Source: an uncultured Sterolibacterium sp.
GTDB taxonomy: Bacteria; Pseudomonadota; Gammaproteobacteria; Burkholderiales; Rhodocyclaceae
NCBI GenBank assembly: GCA_903930535.1
Contig: CAIYYX010000246.1
Coordinates: 29,850-93,849 of the forward strand
DNA length: 64,000 nucleotides
Direction of reading: 5' to 3'
Shown here: in pieces, positions 34,464 through 45,502 of the stretch
Layout of the letters: each line of letters opens with the position of its first letter
Numbering within the stretch: position 1 is the stretch's first letter
Notes under the pieces: generated by a model
Seen by the model: only the letters and a program-made list of their open reading frames with translations
What the model was told of the DNA's origin: nothing
The model's database searches: none
Position numbers and translations under genes: made by a program

Positions 34464-34703
34464 TCAGGAGGCAGTCTCGCTATCTACGCTACCGCCGGCG
34501 CTGAGTTCCACCACCTGGCCGCCATACATCACCCGCTGGCCGGGCCGCAGCTTGGCGCGTTTCCGGGTTTCCACTTTGTCATCCACCATGACATTGCCAA
34601 GCTCAACCTCGGCATGGGCGGCGCCGCCCGAGGCCACCAGCCCTGTGGTTTTCAACAGATGGTCGAGCTGGATGAACTCGCCGCGGATGGCAAAAGTAAT
34701 CAA
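34464..34703 (-). CDS. YbcJ-like S4-domain RNA-binding protein
   Basis: (L)ITFAIRGEFIQLDHLLKTTGLVASGGAAHAEVELGNVMVDDKVETRKRAKLRPGQ is collinear with E. coli YbcJ (..VDGAVETRKRCKI..). The probable TTG start at 34703 overlaps the pit stop (TTGA). The track ATG at 34727 lies inside pit. Confidence 0.65.
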   Translation of the reverse strand: MITFAIRGEFIQLDHLLKTTGLVASGGAAHAEVELGNVMVDDKVETRKRAKLRPGQRVMYGGQVVELSAGGSVDSETAS

Positions 34704-35707
34704 AGCACCAGCGTGCCCAGCCACCATGCAGCGGCAGCGATCAGGGCGCTTGCGGGAATCGTGAATATCCAGGCCCAGACGATGCTGCCGGCCACGCCCC
34801 AGCGCACGTTGCGGCTGCTGGTGGTGGAGCCGACGCCGACGATGGCACCGGTGATGGTGTGCGTGGTCGATACCGGAATGCCCAGCGCCGTGGCAAGAAA
34901 CAGAGTGATGGCGCCGCCCGTCTCGGCGCAGAAGCCGCCGACCGGCTTAAGCTTGGTGATCTTCTGCCCCATGGTCTTGACGATGCGCCAACCGCCGAAC
35001 AAGGTGCCAAAGCCCATCGCCAGATAGCAGCAAACAATCACCCACACCGGGATAGGCTCGTTCGTCGCCGAGATGCCGGTGGCGATCAAAAGCATCCAGA
35101 TGATACCCATGGTCTTCTGCGCGTCGTTGCCGCCGTGGCCCAGGCTGTAGAGCGAGGCCGAGACCAGTTGCAATCGTCGGAACCAGCGGTCGACCCTGGC
35201 CGGGGTCGAGCGGAAGAACAGCCAGGAAACCGCGATCATCAGCAGCGAGCCGAGCAGGAAGCCCAGGAAAGGGGAAATCAGGATGAAGGCGACGGTCTTG
35301 CCCACACCGGACCAGACCAGGGCGCCGCTGCCCGCCTTGGCGACGCCGGCGCCGACCAGACCGCCGATCAGGGCATGGGAGGAACTCGAGGGAATACCGT
35401 AATACCAGGTGATGAGGTTCCAGGAGATGGCGCCGATCAGCGCACCGAACACCACGTAGTGGTCGACGATTCCCGGATCGATGGTTCCCTTGCCTATGGT
35501 CGTGGCCACCTTGAGCTGGAACACGAACAGGGCGACGACATTGAAGACGGCGGCGAAGGCCACCGCCTGGTGGGGCTTCAGGACGCCGGTGGAGACGACC
35601 GTGGCAATGGAATTGGCGGCGTCGTGAAAGCCGTTGATGAAATCGAATATGAGCGCCAGGGCCACCAGCACGACGACGACCCACAGGCCAATCTGCAATG
35701 AATGCAT
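34700..35707 (-). CDS. pit: PiT-family inorganic phosphate transporter
   Basis: 335 aa, polytopic, with the signature FDFINGFHDAANSIATVVST and a second copy GHGGNDAQKTMG. Confidence 0.9.
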   Translation of the reverse strand: MHSLQIGLWVVVVLVALALIFDFINGFHDAANSIATVVSTGVLKPHQAVAFAAVFNVVALFVFQLKVATTIGKGTIDPGIVDHYVVFGALIGAISWNLITWYYGIPSSSSHALIGGLVGAGVAKAGSGALVWSGVGKTVAFILISPFLGFLLGSLLMIAVSWLFFRSTPARVDRWFRRLQLVSASLYSLGHGGNDAQKTMGIIWMLLIATGISATNEPIPVWVIVCCYLAMGFGTLFGGWRIVKTMGQKITKLKPVGGFCAETGGAITLFLATALGIPVSTTHTITGAIVGVGSTTSSRNVRWGVAGSIVWAWIFTIPASALIAAAAWWLGTLVL

Positions 35708-35735
35708 CGTTATACTTTACCTTCCGGGCCAGGAA

Positions 35736-36380
35736 TCAGGAATTCTCGAGGACGATGCCCTCGATGATGTTGGCCACGTCCTCGCAGCAATCCGTCACCG
35801 TTTCCAGGAGCTCGTAGATCGCCTTCAGCTTGATCACCTGACGCACATCCGCCTCGTCGCGGAACAGTCGCGAGATCGCCGAGCGCATGACGCGGTCGGC
35901 GTCCGACTCCAACTGGTCTATCTCCCGGCAGGTTTTGAGAATGCTCTGTGCGTGCTCCATATTGGGCAGGAGAGCGACTACCGACCTGACCCGCTCGCAA
36001 CAGGAAAGGGAAATGTCGGTGAGTTGGCGCGCCTCCTGGGTCACCTTGCGGACGTCGTAGAGCACCATCGATTCGGCGACATCCTGGATCAGGTCGAGGA
36101 TATCGTCCATCTTGCTGATCAGTTGATGAATGCTGTCCCGGTCGAGTGGCGTGATGAAGGTCCGGTGCAGGAGGGCGACGGTTTCGTGGGTAATCTTGTC
36201 GGCGCGGGTCTCGATGCCGTCGATGGCCTGGGCGTGAGCGGCGATGTCGGCGGTCGTCACCGAAGCGTCCATCTTTCCCATCAGGGTCGCCAGTTCGCGT
36301 GCGCCGCAGACGATCTGCTCGGCATGGGCGTTGAACAAATCGAAAAACTTTCCCTCGCGGGGCATGAAACGACCGAACAT
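35736..36380 (-). CDS. DUF47 / PhoU-like Pit accessory protein
   Basis: MFGRFMPREGKFFDLFNAHAEQIV..., 214 aa and helical. It lies immediately upstream of pit, the usual pairing. Confidence 0.85.
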   Translation of the reverse strand: MFGRFMPREGKFFDLFNAHAEQIVCGARELATLMGKMDASVTTADIAAHAQAIDGIETRADKITHETVALLHRTFITPLDRDSIHQLISKMDDILDLIQDVAESMVLYDVRKVTQEARQLTDISLSCCERVRSVVALLPNMEHAQSILKTCREIDQLESDADRVMRSAISRLFRDEADVRQVIKLKAIYELLETVTDCCEDVANIIEGIVLENS

Positions 36381-36497
36381 AATGGCCTGCTATCGATAGG
36401 AAAGACTAGATGTTACCAATAGACGCTGCGCCGCGGAATAATTATTCTGCAGGCCCGCGACTGTTAAAATAGCCAGATCTGAAATAATCACGCCGCC

Positions 36498-37661
36498 ATG
36501 AAACGCTCCCGCCCGCCCCGCCGCGCCAAGCTGACGCCAGAAACCGAGCAGTTGATCCGCCTGGCGATCGGCCTAGGACACTCCAACAGCCGCATCGAGG
36601 ACGCCTTCTGGGAGACCCGCCTGTCGGTTTTGATAGACAGGCTGTTGAGAGACAATGAGGAAACGGTGCTGACCGCCGCCCTCGACCATCTCTATGGCAG
36701 CCAGGAACGCGCCTACGACGGCCTTGCCGATCTGATCGAGGCGCGCTGCGAAAGCCAGCCAAAGGGGGAGCAAGACCTCCTGCTGTTCCTGGCACCCCTC
36801 CTGGCCTGGTCACGCTTCACCATCCCAGCGGGGGCCATTCCCGCAACCGTGCTCGCCAATGTAAGGGTGCAACTCCAGGCGCATGTGTTCGCCGACGGGG
36901 TCCGGCTGGGCCTCTCGGATTTCCTCTATAGCCCCGATCATCTGCCGCAGAGCTATTCTGAAACCGCTGCCCTGACCGAAAAGCTTGGCAAGGCCGCGCT
37001 CCATGGCCGCGACCTGCACGTCGATCCGCAGCAGATGCCCGAGACCGCGAATTTCCTTTCCGACACGCGCTATCTGATAGGCGTCGTCGCCGCTCCGCGC
37101 GGGACCGCAATATTCCGCTGGCAGGAGGAAGACAGTGACCGCGCCGAGACGCTGAAAGAATGGCGCGCCCAGGGCGGCGAGACCCTGCGCCCGCTGCTGC
37201 CCGGCTGCGCCAGCGAGCTATTGCTGCCGCAGTCCTATCACGCCGGGGCACGCGAGGCTGACCTTTTCTCCCGTCCCTATTCGCTGCGCGCTTCCGTTGC
37301 CTATCTCAGCACCACGCTCAATTTGGCGCCAGCCGATCTGCGCTGCGTGGTCGCCCCCTATTATGACCACCAACTCGAGGAATTCCGCATCGGTTTCCTG
37401 CTCAAGGCTTCCGGCGAACTGGCCTACGGTGCTGTCTGGCCTCTTCTTGACGGCGAGAGCGAGAACAGCGATACGGCGGGTCAGATCGAGGCAGTGCTGC
37501 GCGAAATCGGCGTCGGCGAGGTGATTGTCCTCGACCACCGTCTGCCTTTGGAATACTGCGACGATTGCGGCGCCCCGCTCTACCCCAACCCGGACGGCGA
37601 GTCGGTGCATGCCGAACTGCCGGAGGAGCAGGCGGGTGCGGCACCCAGGCATTTGCACTGA
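36498..37661 (+). CDS. Conserved hypothetical protein (resembles, from memory, the betaproteobacterial DUF2863 family; unverified)
   Basis: 387-aa ORF with host-like codon usage and a basic N-terminus MKRSRPPRRAK. It carries a C-terminal CDDCGAPLYPNPDG motif. No enzymatic signature was recognised. Confidence 0.55.
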   Translation: MKRSRPPRRAKLTPETEQLIRLAIGLGHSNSRIEDAFWETRLSVLIDRLLRDNEETVLTAALDHLYGSQERAYDGLADLIEARCESQPKGEQDLLLFLAPLLAWSRFTIPAGAIPATVLANVRVQLQAHVFADGVRLGLSDFLYSPDHLPQSYSETAALTEKLGKAALHGRDLHVDPQQMPETANFLSDTRYLIGVVAAPRGTAIFRWQEEDSDRAETLKEWRAQGGETLRPLLPGCASELLLPQSYHAGAREADLFSRPYSLRASVAYLSTTLNLAPADLRCVVAPYYDHQLEEFRIGFLLKASGELAYGAVWPLLDGESENSDTAGQIEAVLREIGVGEVIVLDHRLPLEYCDDCGAPLYPNPDGESVHAELPEEQAGAAPRHLH

Positions 37662-37713
37662 CGCTGTCCTATCGATGGCGTTACCCGCAAACTCCGGGGC
37701 CAAGACCGGGCTT

Positions 37714-37739
37714 GTAGGTCGGCCTTTAGGCCGACCTAC
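37714..37739. repeat. GTAGGTCGGCC-TTTA-GGCCGACCTAC palindrome overlapping the dadA stop codon
   Basis: Perfect 11-bp arms between convergent genes. Same core as the palindrome at 17194-17243. Likely a bidirectional terminator. Confidence 0.5.
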
Positions 37740-38983
37740 CTAAAAGCGTAGTCCGCTGCGTCTATCTCGGGCGTCCTGCCAGAGACGAGGTCAGCGAGCA
37801 AGCGACCCGAGCCGCAGGCCATGGTCCAGCCAAGCGTGCCATGGCCGGTGTTCAGATACAGGTTGCGGTAGCGGCTTCTCCCTATCAGCGGCACGTTGGA
37901 GGGCGTGGCCGGACGCAGGCCGGCCCAGAACTCCACCTCCTGCCGCCGCCCGGCATGAGGAAACAGCGCGTATGCCCTGGCGAGCAAAGCTTCGCAGCGC
38001 AAGGGGTTGATGCTCGTGTCGTAGCCGGCGAACTCCGCCGTGCCGGCCACGCGCAGGCGGTCTCCAAGTCGCGAGAACACCAGCCTGTGCTCATCATCAG
38101 TGAGGCTCACATTCGGCGCCACGGAATCTTCATCGAGAGAGATGGTCGCCGAATAGCCTTTCGCCGGATAGACAGGCATGGAGAGGCCTAGCGGGCGCAG
38201 GAGCAAAGGCGTGTAGCTGCCGAGGGCGGCGATGTAAGCCTGCGCCTTGAGCGTGGTTCCATCGCCCAGGCGTATTCCTGTGATCATCTCCCCTTCCCGT
38301 TCCAGGCCGCGGATCTCTTGACCGTATCTGAAGCTGACGCCGCGCGCAGTGCACAATTCGGCCAACGCCTGGGTGAACTTGCAGGCATCGCCGGATTCGT
38401 CTTTGACGGTGAAGGTGCCACCAACAATTTTCGCCAGGCTGCCTTTCAGCGCCGGCTCTATGGCCAGGCACTCGGCGGCGCTTTTCACCAGCCGCTCGCA
38501 GCCATATGCGCTCATCAGCGCCGCCTGTGGGCGGGCATGAGCAAACTCGCGCTCATCGGTATAGACATGAAGGATGCCGCGCTCGAGATGGTCGTACAGG
38601 ATGCCCGTGTCGGCCCGCAACGCCTGCAATGAAGCGCGGCTGTAGAGGGCGAGACGCAGAATCGCCACGATGTTGGCGCGCGCGCGCGCGGCTGTACATT
38701 CCCGCAGGAAACGCAGGCCCCATAGCCACTGCTCGATGTCTGCCCGAAAGCGCCAAAGCAGCGGCGAATCCTCGCGCCCCAGCCACTTCAGAATTTTCAA
38801 CGGCGCGCCCGGATTGGCCCAGGGCTCGGCATGACTCACGGAGATCTGGCCGCCGTTGGCGAAGCTGGTCTCCAGTGCCGCCGCCGGCTGGCGCTCGATC
38901 ACGACGACTTCATGACCGGCCTCGGCCAGATACCAGGCCGCGCTCACGCCAACGACACCAGCGCCCAGCACGGCGACCTTCAT
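37736..38983 (-). CDS. dadA: FAD-dependent D-amino acid dehydrogenase
   Basis: MKVAVLGAGVVGVSAAWYLAEAGHEVVVIERQ...ETSFANGGQIS, 415 aa. Confidence 0.85.
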   Translation of the reverse strand: MKVAVLGAGVVGVSAAWYLAEAGHEVVVIERQPAAALETSFANGGQISVSHAEPWANPGAPLKILKWLGREDSPLLWRFRADIEQWLWGLRFLRECTAARARANIVAILRLALYSRASLQALRADTGILYDHLERGILHVYTDEREFAHARPQAALMSAYGCERLVKSAAECLAIEPALKGSLAKIVGGTFTVKDESGDACKFTQALAELCTARGVSFRYGQEIRGLEREGEMITGIRLGDGTTLKAQAYIAALGSYTPLLLRPLGLSMPVYPAKGYSATISLDEDSVAPNVSLTDDEHRLVFSRLGDRLRVAGTAEFAGYDTSINPLRCEALLARAYALFPHAGRRQEVEFWAGLRPATPSNVPLIGRSRYRNLYLNTGHGTLGWTMACGSGRLLADLVSGRTPEIDAADYAFR

Positions 38984-39090
38984 CTGCCGGCTCCTGTCAG
39001 AATGCCTGCGGCAATGAACTTATCGCAGACCCTATACTCTGAGAGAAACTCCATCCATCAGATTATACTTGCCCGTCCCTGGAGAGACCG

Positions 39091-39486
39091 ATGAACTGGA
39101 AAATATCCAAGAGCGAATCAAGCTGGCGAGCGCAGTTGTCGCCAAAGCAATACCATGTGGCGCGCGAGAAGGGCACGGAACCGGCTTTCAGCGGCGCCTA
39201 TTGGGACTGCCACGACGAAGGTCTCTACCGATGCATCTGCTGCGATGCACCGCTGTTCGATTCGGCCGGCAAGTTCGATTCCGGCTGCGGCTGGCCGAGC
39301 TTCACGCAGCCGGCAACCGCGGAGAACATCGCCGAAGCCGAAGACAGCAGCCACGGCATGCGCCGCACCGAAGTCCTCTGCCAGCAGTGCGGCGCCCATC
39401 TCGGTCATGTCTTTGCCGACGGACCGGCCCCGACCGGACTGCGCTACTGCATCAACTCGGCTTCCTTGAAACTGGAAAAGAAGTAA
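39091..39486 (+). CDS. msrB: Peptide-methionine (R)-S-oxide reductase
   Basis: [16 protein letters not shown]...[24 protein letters not shown]...[20 protein letters not shown]. Confidence 0.95.
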   Translation: MNWKISKSESSWRAQLSPKQYHVAREKGTEPAFSGAYWDCHDEGLYRCICCDAPLFDSAGKFDSGCGWPSFTQPATAENIAEAEDSSHGMRRTEVLCQQCGAHLGHVFADGPAPTGLRYCINSASLKLEKK

Positions 39487-39502
39487 GCGGTATAATTCGA
39501 TT

Positions 39503-40045
39503 ATGAAATTTCTTTTCGACCTGTTTCCCGTCATCCTTTTTTTCATCGGCTTCAAGTTCGCCGGCATTTATGTTGCCACGGGCATCGCCATCGCCGCCAC
39601 CTTCGCCCAGATAGGCTATCTGGTCCTGAGGAAACGCAAGATAGACACCATGCTCTGGGCCAGCCTGGTGATCGTCAGCGTCTTTGGCGGGGCAACGCTG
39701 CTCTTGCACGACGAGACCTTCATCAAGTGGAAGCCGACTGTGCTTTACTGGCTGTTCGCGGTGATTCTGCTTGTCTCGGCGACGCTGCTGAAGAAGAACC
39801 TGATCCGCGCCATGCTGGAAGCCCAGGTCAGCCTGCCCGAAGCCCTCTGGGCCAGGCTCAATACCGCCTGGATCGGCTTCTTCTGCTTCATGGGCGTGGC
39901 CAACCTCTACGTCGCCTTCTTCTACGCCAAGGACGACACCGCGCTCTGGGTGAATTTCAAGCTCTTCGGCGGCATGGGGCTGATGCTTGCCTTCATCCTC
40001 GGCCAGAGCGTCTTCCTGGCCAAGTACATCGAGGAGAAAGAGTGA
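39503..40045 (+). CDS. yciB: Inner-membrane septation protein YciB/IspZ
   Basis: [30 protein letters not shown]...[11 protein letters not shown], 180 aa. Confidence 0.9.
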   Translation: MKFLFDLFPVILFFIGFKFAGIYVATGIAIAATFAQIGYLVLRKRKIDTMLWASLVIVSVFGGATLLLHDETFIKWKPTVLYWLFAVILLVSATLLKKNLIRAMLEAQVSLPEALWARLNTAWIGFFCFMGVANLYVAFFYAKDDTALWVNFKLFGGMGLMLAFILGQSVFLAKYIEEKE

Positions 40046-40347
40046 TGCTCTACGCCCTCATCAGCGAGGATGTTCCCGACAGCCGGAAGCTGCGCCAGGC
40101 AGCCCGTTCAGCCCATCTCATCCGCCTTGCGCAGTTGCAGGACGAGGGACGTCTGGTTCTGGCCGGGCCGATGCTGGCGACGGACGCAGCCGAACCCGGA
40201 CCGGCGGGTTGCACAGGCTCCCTGATCGTCGCCGAATTCCCCTCGCTGACCGAAGCTGAGGCCTGGCTCGCGGCCGAGCCATTTGTCACCGAGGGCGTGT
40301 TCGCCCGCACCCGGGTTCTCCCCTTCCTGCAGACCTTTCCCCAGTGA
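40045..40347 (+). CDS. YciI-like protein
   Basis: [42 protein letters not shown]...AEPFVTEGVF. The ATG overlaps the yciB stop. yciB-yciI synteny is conserved. Confidence 0.8.
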   Translation: MLYALISEDVPDSRKLRQAARSAHLIRLAQLQDEGRLVLAGPMLATDAAEPGPAGCTGSLIVAEFPSLTEAEAWLAAEPFVTEGVFARTRVLPFLQTFPQ

Positions 40348-40352
40348 AGGCC

Positions 40353-40607
40353 ATGGACACGATGCGCGAGCGCCTCGCCGTCCTGGCGCCGCAGTTCCTG
40401 GAAATCACCGACGACAGCGCACTCCACGCCGGCCACGCCGGTGCAGCAAGCGGCGGCGGCCATTTCCGGATGACCATCGTTTCGCCGCTGTTCGTCGGAC
40501 GGCCCACTATTTCTCGCCACCGCATGGTGTATGATGCGCTTGGCGCGTTGATGCAGCATGAGATTCATGCCATGAGTATAATCGCCAAAACCCCCGACGA
40601 AACCTGA
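40353..40607 (+). CDS. BolA-family protein
   Basis: MDTMRERLAVLAPQFLEITDDSALHAGH...HFRMTIVSPLFVG...RHRMVYDAL...IHAMSI. The track start at 40344 is GTG. Confidence 0.8.
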   Translation: MDTMRERLAVLAPQFLEITDDSALHAGHAGAASGGGHFRMTIVSPLFVGRPTISRHRMVYDALGALMQHEIHAMSIIAKTPDET

Positions 40608-40629
40608 CAGAACCAGCAAGGAAAGACTG

Positions 40630-41424
40630 ATGAAACGCTACCCGATACTACTCTCCGCCATCGTTGTTCTTGCCACTGCTGTCGCTCCGGCGATTGCCAA
40701 GGAAGAAAGCGTCAAGGGCATTGCCACCGTGAATGGCAAGTCGATCTCGAAGAATCGCTCCGATGCCCTGGTTTCTGCTCAGACCGCCCAGGGCCAGCCC
40801 GACTCGGAAGATCTGCGCAAGGCCGTGCGCGAAGAACTGATTCGCCGCGAGGTTCTCGCCCAGGAAGCCCAGAAGATGGGTCTGGACAAGAAGTCCGAAA
40901 TCCAGGGTCAGATGGAACTGGCGCGGCAAAGCGTGCTGATCGGCGCCTACATGCAGAACTATGTGAAGGGCCATCCGGTCGGCGAGGATGCCCTCAAGAA
41001 GGAATATGAAGCCATCAAGGCCAAGCTCGGCGACAAGGAATACAGCACGCGCCATATCCTGGTCGAGAAGGAAACCGAGGCCACTGAAATCATCGCCAAG
41101 CTGAAGAAGGGCGAGAGGTTCGAAGACCTCGCCAAGCAGTCCAAGGATCCGGGCTCCAAGGATCGCGGCGGCGACCTGGGTTGGGCGGCACCTTCAAGCT
41201 ATGTGAAGCAATTCTCCGATGCACTGGTCAAACTCGAGAAGGGCAAGTACACCGAGACGCCGGTGAAGAGCGACTTCGGCTATCACGTCATCATGCTCGA
41301 CGACACCCGCGAGCTGAAACTGCCCTCCATCGATGAAGCCAAGCCGCAATTGACGCAGCGGCTGCAGCAGGAGATGGTCGAGAGGCACCTTCTGGATTTG
41401 CGCAGCAAGGCCAAGGTGAATTGA
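40630..41424 (+). CDS. Periplasmic parvulin-type peptidyl-prolyl isomerase (PpiC/SurA-like)
   Basis: Signal peptide MKRYPILLSAIVVLATAVAPAIA and parvulin domain RHILVEKETEA...SKDPGSKDRGGDLGW...SDFGYHVIML. Confidence 0.85.
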   Translation: MKRYPILLSAIVVLATAVAPAIAKEESVKGIATVNGKSISKNRSDALVSAQTAQGQPDSEDLRKAVREELIRREVLAQEAQKMGLDKKSEIQGQMELARQSVLIGAYMQNYVKGHPVGEDALKKEYEAIKAKLGDKEYSTRHILVEKETEATEIIAKLKKGERFEDLAKQSKDPGSKDRGGDLGWAAPSSYVKQFSDALVKLEKGKYTETPVKSDFGYHVIMLDDTRELKLPSIDEAKPQLTQRLQQEMVERHLLDLRSKAKVN

Positions 41425-41455
41425 TCGTCATTTCCGCGAACGCGGGAATCCAAAG

Positions 41456-41480
41456 AAACGGCGCCTAGGCGCCGTTTTTC
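41456..41480. terminator. Bidirectional rho-independent terminator between ppiC-like and purL
   Basis: AAACGGCGCC-TA-GGCGCCGTTTTT, flanked by an A-tract and a T-tract. Confidence 0.7.
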
Positions 41481-44400
41481 ATTTCAGCCATCGCCTGGCA
41501 TTGTCGAACATCGTGAGCCAGGGCGAATCCTCTCCCCAGGCCGCAGGATGCCAGGACATCTGCTGGCTGCGGAAGATACGCTCGGGATGCGGCATCATGA
41601 TGGTGAAGCGGCCATCCGCAGTGGTGACCCCGGCGATACCATCGACCGAGCCGTTGGGGTTGGCCGGGTAGCGCGTGGCGACATTGCCGTGGTTGTCTAC
41701 ATAGCGCATGACCGCAACCGCAGGCTTGATTCCGCTCCCGAACTCGGCGCGACCCTCGCCGTGCGAGACCACCACCGGCAGTCGCGATCCGCTCATATTT
41801 GAGAAGAACAGCGAGGGCGACTCGGGAATATCCACCATGGTGAGCCGCGCCTCGAACTGTTCGCTGCGGTTTCTCTCGAAACTCGGCCAGCCCTCAGCGC
41901 CGGGAATGATCTCCTTCAGTTGGCTCATCATCTGGCAGCCGTTGCACACGCCCAGGGCAAAACTGTCGGCGCGCGCGAAGAAGGCGGCGAACTGGTCGCG
42001 AAGATCGGCATTGAACAGGATGGACTTGGCCCAGCCCTGTCCCGCCCCCAGCACATCGCCGTAAGAGAAGCCGCCCGCCGCCGCCAGGCCCTGGAAGTCT
42101 GCGAGCACGATGCGACCCGCCTGCAGGTCGGACATATGCACGTCATAAGGGGTGAAGCCGGCGCGCTCGAAGGCCGCCGCCATCTCCACCTGGCCATTGA
42201 CCCCCTGCTCCCTCAGAATCGCGATCCTGGGCCGGGCGCCGCTTGAGACATGAGCAGAAGCCGGTGCGAAAGTGAGGCTCGCCGTGAGGCCCGGGTCGGC
42301 GACATCCTGCAGCGCATCGTATTCTTCCTGGGCGCAGGCTGGATCGTCGCGCAGGCTGGCGATGCGGTAAGAAGTCTCGGACCAGGCGGAGAGGAGTTCG
42401 ATCCGCGGCGAAGAAAAGGCCAGCTTGGCATTGCGCCAGACGCGGACTTCGTCGGCGGCGTTGGGCGTGCCGATAAAATGCGTGACAGCGCCGAGATCTG
42501 CCTCGCGCAGAAGATCCATGATTCTTGTCCTGTCGGCGCGCCTGATCTGCAGCACCGCGCCCAACTCTTCGTTGAACAGCGCAGAAATCAGCCGCTCGGA
42601 CAGGCGACCCTCGACGATCTCGGGGCCCCGCTCCATGCCGTCGATATCGTTCATCAGGGGATCGAAGCACAGGGTGTCGAGATTGAGCGAGACGCCGCAA
42701 TGGCCTGCGAAGGCCATCTCGCAGACAGTGGCGAACAGGCCGCCGTCGGAGCGGTCGTGGTAGGCGAGGATGAGACCGTCGCCATTCATTCTCTGGATCG
42801 CATTGAAGAAGCGTTTGAGCAGAACTGCGTCGGCATCCGGCGTCTGGTTGCCGGTGGCGCCATAGACCTGAGCCAGGGCAGAGCCGCCCAGGCGATTCTG
42901 GCCACAGCCCAGGTCGATCAGGATCAGTTCCGTTTCGCCTGCATCGCAAGCCAATTGCGGCGTCAGCGTCAGGCGAACATCGGCACAGGGGGCGAAGGCG
43001 GTGATGATTAGCGAAAGCGGCGAGACCACCTGTTTCCTGACTTCACCTTCCTGCCAACTCGTTTTCATGGACAGGGAATCCTTGCCCACGGGTATCGAGA
43101 GTTCCAGCTGCGGGCAGAATTCCAGCGCCACGGCGCGTACGGTATCGAACAGCGCTGCGTCCTCTGTACCGTGGCCGGCCGCGGCCATCCAGTTCGCGGA
43201 GAGCTTGATAGTCTCCAGGGAGACGGCGGCGGCCGCCAGATTGGTGAGCGCCTCGCCCACCGCCATACGGCCGGCGGCGGGGGCATCGACCAGGGCGATG
43301 GGCGTGCGCTCGCCGATGGCGAAGGCTTCGCCCAGCGTGGTGGCAAAACCCATCGCCGTCACCGCGCAGTCGGCCACCGGCACCTGCCACGGGCCGACCA
43401 TCTGGTCGCGGGCGGTCAGCCCGCCGACCGTGCGGTCGCCGATGGTGATCAGGAAGTTCTTGGCGGCGACGCTGGGCAGATGCAGCACGCGGCTTGCAGC
43501 CTCCTTGAGCTCGATGTTGCCAAGATCGAGAACAGGCAGAGCACTCTTGCCGTGCGTGGCCGTTCTCTGCATGCGCGGCGCGCGCCCGAGCAGCACTTCA
43601 AGCGGCATGGCCACGGCGTCATTGGCGAAATGCCGGTCATGGACAACGAGTTGACCATCGTCGCTGGCCGTTCCCAGTACCGCGCAGGGACAGCGCTCGC
43701 GCTCACACAGGGCGCGAAACTCCGCCAAACGCGAAGGATCCACCGCCATCACGTAACGCTCCTGCGCCTCGTTGCACCAGATCTCGCGCGGCGACATGCC
43801 TGTCTCCTCCGAGGGCACGGCGCGCAATTCGAAGCGCGCGCCGCGCCCGGCGTCATGGACCAGTTCCGGCAGGGCGTTGGAGATGCCGCCGGCGCCGACG
43901 TCGTGGATGGCCAGGATGGGATTTTCTTCACCCATCTGCCAGCAGCGGTCTATCACCTCCTGGGCGCGCCGCTGCATCTCCGGATTGCCGCGCTGCACGG
44001 AGGCGAAGTCGAGATCTGCGGTGTTGGCACCGGTGCTCATCGAGGAAGCCGCGCCTCCCCCTAAGCCGATCAGCATGCCCGGGCCGCCGATCTGGATCAG
44101 CAAAGAGCCGGCCGGAAACTTGATCTTGAAGCAATGCCCAGCGGCGATATTGCCTATGCCGCCGGCGATCATGATGGGCTTGTGGTAGCCGCGCATCTGG
44201 CCATCCACTTCCTGCAGGAAGCTGCGGAAATAGCCGGCGAGATTGGGCCGGCCGAATTCGTTGTTGAAAGCCGCGGCGCCTATCGGCCCTTCTATCATGA
44301 TCTCCAGCGCCGAGGCGATTCTGTCCGGCTTGCCGTAGCCTGCGCCCGCTTCCCAGGGCTGGATGAAGCCGGGAATGTCGAGATTCGACACCGAGAAGCC

Positions 44401-45384
44401 GCACAGCCCGGCCTTGGGCCGGGCGCCGCGGCCAGTCGCGCCCTCGTCGCGGATCTCGCCACCCGAACCCGTGGCCGCACCCGGAAAGGGGGAGATCGCC
44501 GTCGGGTGGTTGTGCGTCTCGACCTTGGTGAGGATATGGGTCTCCTCCTCGCGGTAGAAATATTCGCCTCCCGCCCCCGGATAGAAGCGCTTCACCGTGG
44601 CGCCATTGATCACCGCGGCATTGTCGGCGTAGGCCACGACCGTCCCCTGGGGATGCGCCTTGTGCGTCTCGCGAATCATGCCGAACAGGGTCTGGCTCTT
44701 CGTCACGCCATCGACGGTCCATGAGGCATTGAATATCTTGTGGCGACAGTGCTCGGAGTTGGCCTGGGCGAACATCATCAGCTCGACGTCGGTCGGGTCG
44801 CGACCCAGTCTTCCGAAGCTCTCGGCAAGATAATCAATCTCGTCAGACGACAAGGCCAAGCCAAGCTCGCCATTGGCCTCGGAGAGCGCTGCCCGGCCGC
44901 GACCCATGACATCGACCGAGGTCAGGGGCTGCGGCGGCACATGACGGAAAAGATTCGCGGCCTCGTCCAATGCGGCGAGCACGGACTCTGTCATGCGGTC
45001 GTGGAGAATTGCCGCGAGCGCTTCGCGGTCTGCTTTTCCCTCGCAGTAGAACGCCGTGCCGCGCTCTATCCTTACCACCGCCGAAAAACCGCACTGACGC
45101 GCGATCTCGGTCGCCTTCGTGGACCAGGGCGAGATCGTGCCCAGTCTGGGGGTGACCAGAAGCAGCGTGCCCGCAGGCGCATCCTTCGCTGCATCGGCTG
45201 CGAGCAATTGTTCCAGGCGCAGCGCTTCTTCCTTTGCCAGGGGCGAAGTCAGTTCGACGAAATACCAATGCTTGGCGGCAAGGCCCTTGAGCCCGGGGCA
45301 GACGCGCTTCGCCGCTACGGTGAGGCGTTCGCGATGGCCTGCGGAAAACGCGGGCCCGCCCTGCAGCTTGATAATCTGGGACAT
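41479..45384 (-). CDS. purL: Phosphoribosylformylglycinamidine synthase (large single-chain PurL)
   Basis: Internal ATG at 45384 gives 1301 aa. [21 protein letters not shown]... and a C-terminal glutaminase domain with GVCNGCQMM. Confidence 0.95.
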   Translation of the reverse strand: MSQIIKLQGGPAFSAGHRERLTVAAKRVCPGLKGLAAKHWYFVELTSPLAKEEALRLEQLLAADAAKDAPAGTLLLVTPRLGTISPWSTKATEIARQCGFSAVVRIERGTAFYCEGKADREALAAILHDRMTESVLAALDEAANLFRHVPPQPLTSVDVMGRGRAALSEANGELGLALSSDEIDYLAESFGRLGRDPTDVELMMFAQANSEHCRHKIFNASWTVDGVTKSQTLFGMIRETHKAHPQGTVVAYADNAAVINGATVKRFYPGAGGEYFYREEETHILTKVETHNHPTAISPFPGAATGSGGEIRDEGATGRGARPKAGLCGFSVSNLDIPGFIQPWEAGAGYGKPDRIASALEIMIEGPIGAAAFNNEFGRPNLAGYFRSFLQEVDGQMRGYHKPIMIAGGIGNIAAGHCFKIKFPAGSLLIQIGGPGMLIGLGGGAASSMSTGANTADLDFASVQRGNPEMQRRAQEVIDRCWQMGEENPILAIHDVGAGGISNALPELVHDAGRGARFELRAVPSEETGMSPREIWCNEAQERYVMAVDPSRLAEFRALCERERCPCAVLGTASDDGQLVVHDRHFANDAVAMPLEVLLGRAPRMQRTATHGKSALPVLDLGNIELKEAASRVLHLPSVAAKNFLITIGDRTVGGLTARDQMVGPWQVPVADCAVTAMGFATTLGEAFAIGERTPIALVDAPAAGRMAVGEALTNLAAAAVSLETIKLSANWMAAAGHGTEDAALFDTVRAVALEFCPQLELSIPVGKDSLSMKTSWQEGEVRKQVVSPLSLIITAFAPCADVRLTLTPQLACDAGETELILIDLGCGQNRLGGSALAQVYGATGNQTPDADAVLLKRFFNAIQRMNGDGLILAYHDRSDGGLFATVCEMAFAGHCGVSLNLDTLCFDPLMNDIDGMERGPEIVEGRLSERLISALFNEELGAVLQIRRADRTRIMDLLREADLGAVTHFIGTPNAADEVRVWRNAKLAFSSPRIELLSAWSETSYRIASLRDDPACAQEEYDALQDVADPGLTASLTFAPASAHVSSGARPRIAILREQGVNGQVEMAAAFERAGFTPYDVHMSDLQAGRIVLADFQGLAAAGGFSYGDVLGAGQGWAKSILFNADLRDQFAAFFARADSFALGVCNGCQMMSQLKEIIPGAEGWPSFERNRSEQFEARLTMVDIPESPSLFFSNMSGSRLPVVVSHGEGRAEFGSGIKPAVAVMRYVDNHGNVATRYPANPNGSVDGIAGVTTADGRFTIMMPHPERIFRSQQMSWHPAAWGEDSPWLTMFDNARRWLK

Positions 45385-45502
45385 GATGGGGAATACAAAA
45401 GCAGCAAAGAGATGAATTATACCCGCCACGCCTTGTTAATCTGATGCACTTGCTGCATAGTGCGCGCCTCGTTTTCCGCAATTTTCCCGCCAAGACTCCC
45501 TC

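Noticed and set aside
36381-36497. Pho box upstream of the DUF47-pit operon
   Set aside because: CTGTTAAAATAGCCAGATCTGAAAT only loosely resembles the CTGTCATA-N3-CTGTCAT consensus. The match is too weak to call without a PWM and comparative data.
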